A DNA stretch of 60,264 bases, filler included. It is 3 parts of 3 records of this genome, joined end to end, with 100 filler letters (N's around TTAATTAATTAA, not from the genome) between each part and the next. Parts side by side here need not be neighbours in the genome. Positions count along the whole stretch, not along the records: positions 21,152 to 52,913 come from DRR723986_11251; 2 more parts are not named here. One strand, written 5' to 3'. A program made the translations under genes and the position numbers. Within the stretch, counting starts at the first letter, position 1. Each line of letters begins with the position of its first letter. Below are positions 39,601-47,459 of the stretch, in pieces. The notes below the pieces were generated by a model. That model was not told the origin of the DNA. It saw nothing but the letters and a program-made list of their open reading frames with translations, and ran no database searches.

Positions 39601-40833
39601 CTCCAAATACACACCCTCCAATTCCCTCACCATCCTCTTCATACTAAACTGATCTATAACCCGCTCCCTCGCAGCTATTCTCATTTGATCATGTAATTCT
39701 GGATTTTGAATCAATTCACAACAGTAATCACCTAATTTCTCCCAAGCCTCTATTTCAGTTAGGTAACCTTGAATTCCTTGTTGAATCACCTCACCTATTC
39801 CTCCTGCACTTGTAGCTACTACAGGTACTTCACACGACATAGCCTCCAGCATGGCGATTGGCAAACCCTCAAATTCGGAAGTACTCAAATATATATCCAT
39901 CAAGGATAAATAAGGGATGACATTTTTTTGCACTCCCACCAGATGGAAATTCGCAGATTTACCGGACTTTTCGATTTGATTTTCTATTCTCCCCCTCCAT
40001 TCTCCATCGCCCACTAACATAAAATGAGTATTTGGACATTGTTCCAAGATCTTCAATGCGACCTCAACCCATAACCATAAACGCTTCTGATCCCGGAATA
40101 CAGCAACTATCCCAATTACTGGAGTATCCTCTGGAATACCTAATTGATACTTTAAGCTCATCTCATTTTGGGCTTGGTACTTTGTACTTTGTACTTTGTA
40201 CCTTTTATCTCTCGATTCAGTAATTGCTAATGCTAGGTCATTTTCTATTCTTTTAAAGACATCGGTATTCACCCCATTCTGAATCACCTTCAACTTCATC
40301 CTTCCACCTCGCTGATAAGGATTCCAAATCGAGTTTAAACGCATAGAAAGCGCCACCTCATTGGAAACGGCTATAGCCACATCCTGCTTTTTGAAACTGA
40401 TTCTATTGCCCCAATAGGAGAGTTTATTATAGCGTTCCCAGGTGTTATGCTCTGTATAGACAATAGGAATTTTGATCTTGTTGCCAACAGATCTAGCCAA
40501 TATACCTGCCCAGGGTAAATGTGCATGGATAATAGCTATCCCATGTAATAGAATGAATTCACGCACTTTTTTCACCTGAAAAAACAACCCCAAATTACCC
40601 GATGGAATCAGGTGCACCTTAATTCCCGCTTTTTCAAGTTCCTCTACTATATTATTCTCTTGATGGTAAAAGTACAGGCAATGAAATTCAAATTGTGCTT
40701 GATTATGCACCAGTGCTGTTTCTGGAATCAGCTTTTCAGCCCCTCCACGACCCAAACTTTTGATAAGGTGCAGCACCTTGATTTTTTTGTTCTCAGCCTT
40801 CACATTTTCTACCCTCAGTTCATTATTCATCAT
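39580..40833 (-). CDS. GT4 glycosyltransferase with in-frame heptamer-repeat insertion
   Basis: LGRGGAEK, YTEHN, TSEFEGLPIAMLEAM; insert near 40170-40215; N-terminus is repeat-derived so the start is uncertain. Confidence 0.9.
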   Translation of the reverse strand: MMNNELRVENVKAENKKIKVLHLIKSLGRGGAEKLIPETALVHNQAQFEFHCLYFYHQENNIVEELEKAGIKVHLIPSGNLGLFFQVKKVREFILLHGIAIIHAHLPWAGILARSVGNKIKIPIVYTEHNTWERYNKLSYWGNRISFKKQDVAIAVSNEVALSMRLNSIWNPYQRGGRMKLKVIQNGVNTDVFKRIENDLALAITESRDKRYKVQSTKYQAQNEMSLKYQLGIPEDTPVIGIVAVFRDQKRLWLWVEVALKILEQCPNTHFMLVGDGEWRGRIENQIEKSGKSANFHLVGVQKNVIPYLSLMDIYLSTSEFEGLPIAMLEAMSCEVPVVATSAGGIGEVIQQGIQGYLTEIEAWEKLGDYCCELIQNPELHDQMRIAARERVIDQFSMKRMVRELEGVYLEVMGIGE

Positions 40834-41135
40834 TTACCTTTCATCATTTTAAATTCTTTTCACGACCGATTGCCTCCCCTTTACCTATCGGTGGTAACAT
40901 TCTAAAATTTAAATTCCTTCCAACCAACAACTATCTCCTAATCTCTCTTTCTCTAATCCCCCATTCCCCATTCCCTAATCTCTTAATCCCTTAATCTCTC
41001 TTTCTCTAATCCCACAATCCACATTCTCTAATCCTCTAATCACTGTCAACTAATTCCTGCTCAATTTTCCATTCTAGTGCTCAGGTGCAGCATTTCCCTC
41101 ATTTTAAATTTTAAATTCCAACATTTTAAATTCGA
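40815..41135. repeat. Heptamer array (CTAATCC/CCCATTC/TTTAAAT families)
   Basis: Tandem degenerate 7-mers fill most of the intergenic space. Confidence 0.85.
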
Positions 41136-41136
41136 T

Positions 41137-42126
41137 CTAACAACCAACACCTGTCCGCCGTGGCGAAACCAACTCCCGAATTCCCTCCATATTCATACTC
41201 TCCATTCCAAACTCAGATTTCAAAAATTGAAAGTGTCTCATGATTTCTTTTAATTCATCCATAGCTGCTATTGGATCAGTCGCAAAATTATGGGGGTGCC
41301 ACCATAGATGATAGATTTCATTTTCTTTGGCAGCTTTGAACATCTCTTCTTTTACACGCTTAAGACGTACTGAATTGAAAAGTTTATTGCTTTTGGAAAT
41401 TGGCCTTAGAATTCTGGAGGCTGGAATTAACAAGGGTTCATTCTCCAGATGTTCGATTCGTGTTATTGGATAACTGGTTTTCTCACCAACACTGAAAAAG
41501 CAGTCAGCGGATCTAAACCATTTTTTACTTAGATCCTCATGCTGTGTTTCTTGCCAGTACCAATTTCGTGGATTGCTCCTCACTTGAGTGTATCCTTCTT
41601 CCAGGCAGATAGGCAGGTAAAGCTCATTTATATGGTTTCTGGGGAAAACCAGTGATCTAAGGGTTTTACCAAATTTATCCTGAGAGATTTTTTGTGTTGC
41701 CTGCAAATCCTGTCTGAACTGCTCTGGACTCTGCCCACGCATTAGGGTGTAATAATGAGCGTAAGTATGTGAGCCAAGTTCCTGTCCGGGAGTATCTATT
41801 ATTGCCTGAATCAGTCCAGGAGCAAAGTGCACCTCAGGTCTCAGACCAGATTTTTTAGCAAACTCGTAAGCAGAGAGTTTTGGTTCTCTATAACTTGGAA
41901 CTTGAGTAGGAGAGTACTGCCTCCATTCCTCCTCATTTTCTGCGAATAGCATTCCTACTGTAGCCCAGGTAGCCTTAATGTCATTCTTGGCGAATGCATC
42001 CAGCATATCTTGTACAATCAGCCGAGTATATTTGAAATAGTTTGGATTATAGTTAGTTCCCACCTTATCAAATATTCCCCATAGGAGTTCGAAGTCTAGA
42101 GAGATGGTGAAGATGCCGTTGGTCAT
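41137..42126 (-). CDS. Polysaccharide deacetylase family protein
   Basis: ISLDFELLWG, ATWATVG, ELGSHTYAH, VFPRN, HLWWHPHNF. Confidence 0.9.
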   Translation of the reverse strand: MTNGIFTISLDFELLWGIFDKVGTNYNPNYFKYTRLIVQDMLDAFAKNDIKATWATVGMLFAENEEEWRQYSPTQVPSYREPKLSAYEFAKKSGLRPEVHFAPGLIQAIIDTPGQELGSHTYAHYYTLMRGQSPEQFRQDLQATQKISQDKFGKTLRSLVFPRNHINELYLPICLEEGYTQVRSNPRNWYWQETQHEDLSKKWFRSADCFFSVGEKTSYPITRIEHLENEPLLIPASRILRPISKSNKLFNSVRLKRVKEEMFKAAKENEIYHLWWHPHNFATDPIAAMDELKEIMRHFQFLKSEFGMESMNMEGIRELVSPRRTGVGC

Positions 42127-42164
42127 TGAGAGAGAAGATATTGGAAGAATAGAGAATAGAGATT

Positions 42165-42557
42165 TTACCCCTTTTTTAAGTTGTTTATATTTTCTCTTTT
42201 TAAGTAAAAAATATAGCCATTTAACACTTTTAAAGATTCAATAATCATTGTTCTTAATTTGAGGTAAACTTCTTGGGATATATATTCTTCATCTCTAGCT
42301 TCTATAATATGATCTAAAATTTCCGATATGGATCCACGGGAGTTGTAATAAAATTTATTGCTATCCAGATAATGAAATCTTCCCCAGCCTTCTGCAATAT
42401 TAGCCGTTGCAGATCTAGCTGCTCTCAGAAGCTGAGAACGCAACTCATATTTTTCACTAGATGGGATGTTAATCATCACTTCTTTTTTAATACACATTTT
42501 TAATTCATAGGCTAATTGCCAGCATTTTAAGTTTTCGAAGGTCTCTGATTTTTCCAT
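42165..42557 (-). CDS. Four-helix-bundle protein (23S rRNA-IVP / Avd-like family)
   Basis: FENLKCWQ, EKYELRSQLLRAARSATANIAEGWGR, SRGSISE, LNGYI. Confidence 0.92.
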   Translation of the reverse strand: MEKSETFENLKCWQLAYELKMCIKKEVMINIPSSEKYELRSQLLRAARSATANIAEGWGRFHYLDSNKFYYNSRGSISEILDHIIEARDEEYISQEVYLKLRTMIIESLKVLNGYIFYLKRENINNLKKG

Positions 42558-42629
42558 GAGTAAAAAATTTTAAAATATGAATTCCTATAAAATAACCAAT
42601 CAATTGGGAGAATAGAGGTGAACTTGTAG

Positions 42630-42720
42630 CTATCCTCTATTCTCTATTCTCCCAATCTCTCAGTCCCCAATCCCCAATCCCCCAATCCCCAATCCCCAAT
42701 CTCCTAACCCCCAATCTCAA
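42630..42720. repeat. Heptamer array (CCCCAAT/CTCTATT)
   Basis: ctctatt ctctatt ... ccccaat ccccaat ... ccccaat ccccaat. Confidence 0.88.
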
Positions 42721-43925
42721 CTCCCCACCTCCAAATTCCTCCTTTCCTCTTCCACAATTCTATTATAAATCTCTGCCCGTTTTCGGATTCTATTGGTCTT
42801 TTGCCAGTCCATAAATGCCACAATCACAAAAAGCATAAAGTACATAATCTGGGATTTCTGACGAATGATGATCCCTAGATTTGACATGACGAAGGTCATT
42901 GATATAGAAATAGAAATAAATACCACTCCAGACATCTTTACCATAGCAGGAGCTTCCTTGATATACTTAATAAAGTCCTTGTTCAGAATTTTACTGAACA
43001 TGTAAATGTATAGTGCATTCTCAAAGGAGATGGCTATGCCCAGTATATTTGGAGAATCTATAAAAAGAGGTCTAAACCAAAAGGTAAATAACTTCATTGG
43101 AAGGCTATAGGAAGACATATCTACTCCAGATCCAGCAGATTGTAATCGTTGCGCATTGAGTCCAGACTCTTCTTCAAAGCTAGCTACCACATTATTTGGG
43201 TCATATCCCAGAAAAGTCAATAGATCCTCATACACAAAAATACTCATAGCTATTGCCCCTATAGCAACAAGGTATTTCTGGTAGGTAGGTACTTTTTCTT
43301 TACCTAAAACAAAGCCCACACCCATGCCTATCAGCACAGCAAACAAAATATGAGGACGGATCATATAGCAGATAAAACCGCCTAGAGCTATATAAGGAAT
43401 TCTTTTTCCTGGCCAGGATAAGCCATAGGTAAGTATGCCTAAACCTGCAAATATATAAGCCCCCTTTCCCAGTGATGCTGTCCAGAAGTGCATATTTGGT
43501 AGGAACATAAAAATGGTAATGGCATCCCATCCCTCAAACTTGGCATTGAATCGCAAGTTCTCTTTGAAAAAACAATAAAAATAGACAAAGCCCCAGAATC
43601 CTACCCAAGTACTGAAGAACATCATCATATCATAGTTGAACCAAAGCCATTTGGCAAAGGGATAGTTCACCCATTCTATAAATAATGTTCCTGGCTCAAA
43701 TGCACTTGACCAATTTTTGTAATGTCTATAGCTATTGAAATAATTGACTGAATCGGAACGGTTAAATTGAGCATAAGTCCAATATACCAAACCAAAAAAC
43801 ATGTGATACCAGTACATCTGGTTGAGCAGTCCTGCCTTGATCCACTTATGTTCCTTCTGGAGATTGCTCAGAATTGGTTGGCTTACACCAAAGAGTACTA
43901 AAATAAGGATTACCGCTCCTAGCAA
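42717..43925 (-). CDS. Polytopic membrane protein, probable Wzy-like polymerase or ligase
   Basis: About ten TM segments; FLPNMHFWTASLGK, IRPH, FWFRP and NLGIIIRQK motifs; polysaccharide-locus context. Confidence 0.65.
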   Translation of the reverse strand: MLGAVILILVLFGVSQPILSNLQKEHKWIKAGLLNQMYWYHMFFGLVYWTYAQFNRSDSVNYFNSYRHYKNWSSAFEPGTLFIEWVNYPFAKWLWFNYDMMMFFSTWVGFWGFVYFYCFFKENLRFNAKFEGWDAITIFMFLPNMHFWTASLGKGAYIFAGLGILTYGLSWPGKRIPYIALGGFICYMIRPHILFAVLIGMGVGFVLGKEKVPTYQKYLVAIGAIAMSIFVYEDLLTFLGYDPNNVVASFEEESGLNAQRLQSAGSGVDMSSYSLPMKLFTFWFRPLFIDSPNILGIAISFENALYIYMFSKILNKDFIKYIKEAPAMVKMSGVVFISISISMTFVMSNLGIIIRQKSQIMYFMLFVIVAFMDWQKTNRIRKRAEIYNRIVEEERRNLEVGS

Positions 43926-44099
43926 GGCAAATTGGTTTTTTGCTAAAGATATTCAAGAAAGACAGTATTGGCAATAATTGGATAAAAAGGTAGGGGGGGA
44001 TCAACATTCGCCCCATTTAGAAAACGCCCTCTGTTGTCCTGCTTTTCCAGAAGCTAGAATCAATTGCTACCAGATAAAGACCAAGCGCATAACTTCCAG

Positions 44100-44702
44100 C
44101 TATACACATTTTGACTTCATTTCGCCATCCGTGGTCTGTGTTTCATCTGTTGTCACTACTTTATAGTAGAATACCTTTCCATTTATGCTTTTTCTAGGGA
44201 CGGTTAAAAACTCGTTTTCAGCTAAGATTCTTTTTATACTTTGCTCTAAAGCCGCCTTGGTAAACTCTTCTTGGTAGTTTTGGCTTTTCTTTAGCCTTTC
44301 TACTATCTCCTTCATTTTTCTCTCTTCTAGGAAAAAGCCATCTTTTTGGAGTTCTTTTTTTACAAAAAGTTGAGCATTATGCTTTTCTGATTCAGAAATA
44401 AAAAAGTTAAAATTATCTGCATTTTCTTCTTTGAAATCTATCAACTTATCGATTTTCACGATGTGACTGATTTTCCCTAGTGGTTTATCAGTTAATTCAT
44501 TTGTCATTAGCCTAAACGCATTTGCTATTTCAAGGACAATAGCTGGCGAAATGTTTGACATTTTTAGGATAGCTCTATTTACAGTAACTCTGGAGATTTT
44601 TACAAATTCTGCCAGTCCTTCAATCGTCAAGTCAGCTTCTTTCATTAACAATTCTAGGTTGTCTGAAAGTGTCTTAGCTCTTTTAATATCTAATTTGCTC
44701 AT
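44100..44702 (-). CDS. XRE/Cro-family HTH transcriptional regulator
   Basis: LTIEGLAEFVKISRVTVNRA...LEIANAF N-terminal HTH; divergent from the TlpA/SusCD operon. Confidence 0.8.
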   Translation of the reverse strand: MSKLDIKRAKTLSDNLELLMKEADLTIEGLAEFVKISRVTVNRAILKMSNISPAIVLEIANAFRLMTNELTDKPLGKISHIVKIDKLIDFKEENADNFNFFISESEKHNAQLFVKKELQKDGFFLEERKMKEIVERLKKSQNYQEEFTKAALEQSIKRILAENEFLTVPRKSINGKVFYYKVVTTDETQTTDGEMKSKCV

Positions 44703-44739
44703 AATGAACAAATCGAGCTAAAAATTCTAGTACAATTTA

Positions 44740-44781
44740 TATCAGTATAGTTTGCAGTTGTACTGATAATATTTATATTTG
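44740..44781 (+). promoter_or_regulatory. Bacteroidota promoter overlapped by a palindromic operator
   Basis: TTTG (44751) - 19 nt - TATATTTG (44774); inverted repeat TATCAGTA-N13-TACTGATA straddles the -33 element. Confidence 0.7.
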
Positions 44782-44919
44782 ATTATTCTGGATCTACTTA
44801 AAGGATTCAGGATTTTCTTGGTATTAATCAAAAGAGTCTCAATCACAAATTCCGACAAGTATGTAAACGGGTGAGACGGTAGGTTAATGCTCAAGGGATT
44901 ATTTTGCGTACTTTCGTAT

Positions 44920-45017
44920 GCACTGTAGCTCTTGGGCCCTATCGATACTGCCCCTGAAGGTGTCGGAACCTTGTGATGCGGTAGAAGTAGGTGCTCAGGC
45001 TATAGTGCTCCATTTTT
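44920..45017 (+). ncRNA. Candidate structured leader RNA (long interrupted hairpin)
   Basis: Nested stems GCACTGTAGC/GCTATAGTGC, CTTGGGC/GCTCAGG, CCTAT/GTAGG, TACTGC/GCGGTA, AAGGT/ACCTT, loop GTCGGA; several G-U pairs; T-run shortly after. Confidence 0.5.
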
Positions 45018-45441
45018 ATCGGTATAAGACTCGTTTTACCATTTTTCATTTCTAATGAAAACGAGCATGATTAATTTACTTCCTTTTCTGTTTCAGAAAA
45101 CTTCCTGTAGGATCCACAGGATTGTAGAGTATGCTCATCTGGTAAGCGGGTCAGTTTGTATTCCGCCGATAGCTATCGGAATTATCGGAGGACATTATTC
45201 ATTACCTGTGGAACTAGGCATTACCGCGGTAGATCGCCTATATCCACTAAAGCCCAAGAATCCAATTTAAGGGTTCACTTTTAAGACCGTGAAAGGGGAG
45301 GTGCACAGCCCTGAGCAGATCGGTTACCACACACGCACGTCAGCAAGCTCACAGTAGCCGGTAGCGCTGACACATTTCTTAGTATTTATTTATTGCTGGT
45401 TGCTCAGTTGGAGCAAGGTGGGAGGATTATGTCTTGTGATG

Positions 45442-45750
45442 AGTACAAAGTACCAAGTATTAAGTACAAAGTACCAAGTAGGGGATTACTCACTTCAGTA
45501 TTCGGAATTCATCATTCGATACCTGCCCGCCTAAGGAGGGTTCATTATTAAAATGATGGATTAGCTAAAGATGAGATTTCTCCTCATTCCCGATGAATCG
45601 GGACAACTTGTCCCGATAACGAAGTGTATCGGGAGGCTATACTTCGTCGTCGAAATGACCGGAAACGAGACTGCGACTGCTCACTGCGACTGCCTACTTC
45701 CAACACCGGACATCGGACATCGGTCACCAGACACCGGTCATCCAGCATCA
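45442..45750. repeat. Heptamer arrays and nested REP-like palindromes
   Basis: AGTACAA/AGTACCA units, CGGACAT units, TCCCGAT..ATCGGGA palindromes at 45588 and 45611 inside GAGATTTCTCC...GTCGAAATGAC. Confidence 0.8.
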
Positions 45751-45763
45751 AACAACTCAAAGC

Positions 45764-47446
45764 ATGAAAAAAACAATACTCATTTGCTTCTTGATACAGC
45801 TATGTCTTGTCGGAAGAACACTAAAAGCACAAAGTGAGGTTGCGGAGTCACCCCCAGACACCGATTTGGTTTATCAGTCTGGAATTCCAGGGCAGGAGGG
45901 CGAAAGTCTTTCTGCTCGCTTGGATGTCTTGGGATTCTTTACGCTGAAAGGCATAATAAAGCCCATAGCATCTCACAGTACGGCACTTCACTACACGATT
46001 TCTAATAGGGAATTAGACCCTTATTACCAGGTAGCTGAGATATGGGAGGACAGTATAGCACTTGCCGAAGGAAGCTTTTATGCAGGCACTTCAGGAAAGC
46101 AGGTGTTTGAGATCCGAATTCCAATTACTCAGGCTTTCTCCCGCTTCAGTCTCTTTGATTTGGATACTCCACTGATGGAAAGCATCTGGATACAGCCTGG
46201 TGATTCCCTGCTGGTAAATTGGGATCAGAGAAAAAACACCTTCTATTTCTCAGGCCCTGCTGCACCTTGGATCAGCCTTCAGAATCAGCTCAAGGAAATA
46301 GCTTACCGGGAGAAAGCACTTTCAAATCCTGTAATGATACTCTCGGATGAGCAGGTTATGTTAAACACACCTGCTAAGCTAGAAGCTTATCAAGAAGCAT
46401 CACGAACCTATTTGCCCGGCTGGAGTAATAAGATTGAATGGCTCACTACTGAAGAGCTCCGGATGAAAAGGGCAAAAGCTTTATTTGAAGGGATTGAGAC
46501 CAGTCAGGTGTTTGCTGTACTAAAGGAAAATCAGCATGTTCTGGACCAGTCGGGTTATACCTGGCTTCACAGCTATTGGAAGGGAAAGTTGCAAAACGAG
46601 GCACTGGAATTTGTAAGAGCATGTAGGCCTACAGATGAACAATGGGCTAAACTAATACTATCCTACACAGATGATCCTGCATCAATACCTGCTCTAGTGA
46701 ATGAGTATCCCTATGAATTGGTAGAATCCATCTATCTGGAGAATATGCTCCTTGAGTCACTACTCCCCTTATCCTTTCCCTACCTGGCTGAAGTGCTTCC
46801 CAATAGCCTGAAAGATCAGGTAATGGGGCTTTACCTGATTAGGCAGTATAAAGAGCTGAAAGATGCAGATTCTCTTATTAATTACTCCATTGCCCATACG
46901 CAAATCCCTTGGATTGCCCAGCGACTCGATGAGCTATACCAATCCAATTTAATAGGAAGGCAATTCTCTGACTTTCCATTCACTGGGGTAAACGATAGCG
47001 CTATTTCTCCCTCTGATTGGAAGGGGAAACTGGTCTTTATTGACTTCTGGCTTAGTGGATGCGGTGCCTGTCTAAGCTTTGCAAATTCGGTATTTATCCC
47101 CCTAATGGAAGAGTTTAGTCAAAACTCTGCCTTGCAGTTCGTGACTGTTTCAGGAGACAAAGAAGCTGAACTGTGGATTCAAAGCCTTGAGTCGGGCCGA
47201 TATACCACTGATCAGAGCCTGAACCTCTTCTCAGGAGGGGCAGAACATCCTACGCTAAAACAGAACCATATTCGCTCTTTTCCTGCTCAGGTACTCTTAG
47301 ACCCAAAGGGAAATATCCTGAAGACAGGGGGATTTCCTAAAGACTTGGATTCCTGGATTAATCTACTCAATACCTACCTATCATCATATCAAGTAACCCA
47401 AAATCATGAAGCTCAACCTGTGACTCATTCCATGCTAACTCATTAA
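45764..47446 (+). CDS. Secreted protein with C-terminal TlpA-like thioredoxin domain
   Basis: Signal peptide; KGKLVFIDFWLSGCGAC CxxC motif; FPAQVLLDPKG. Confidence 0.85.
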   Translation: MKKTILICFLIQLCLVGRTLKAQSEVAESPPDTDLVYQSGIPGQEGESLSARLDVLGFFTLKGIIKPIASHSTALHYTISNRELDPYYQVAEIWEDSIALAEGSFYAGTSGKQVFEIRIPITQAFSRFSLFDLDTPLMESIWIQPGDSLLVNWDQRKNTFYFSGPAAPWISLQNQLKEIAYREKALSNPVMILSDEQVMLNTPAKLEAYQEASRTYLPGWSNKIEWLTTEELRMKRAKALFEGIETSQVFAVLKENQHVLDQSGYTWLHSYWKGKLQNEALEFVRACRPTDEQWAKLILSYTDDPASIPALVNEYPYELVESIYLENMLLESLLPLSFPYLAEVLPNSLKDQVMGLYLIRQYKELKDADSLINYSIAHTQIPWIAQRLDELYQSNLIGRQFSDFPFTGVNDSAISPSDWKGKLVFIDFWLSGCGACLSFANSVFIPLMEEFSQNSALQFVTVSGDKEAELWIQSLESGRYTTDQSLNLFSGGAEHPTLKQNHIRSFPAQVLLDPKGNILKTGGFPKDLDSWINLLNTYLSSYQVTQNHEAQPVTHSMLTH

Positions 47447-47459
47447 TTATCAAACTGAA

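Noticed and set aside
42165-42557. Diversity-generating retroelement (Avd-like gene)
   Set aside because: No reverse transcriptase and no TR/VR pair with adenine-specific mismatches seen in the window.
42165-42557. 23S rRNA intervening sequence
   Set aside because: The flanks are protein-coding genes; no rRNA sequence is present.
44920-45017. SRP (4.5S) RNA
   Set aside because: Similar size and shape, but it lacks the conserved CAGG-GNRA-AGCA domain IV motif.
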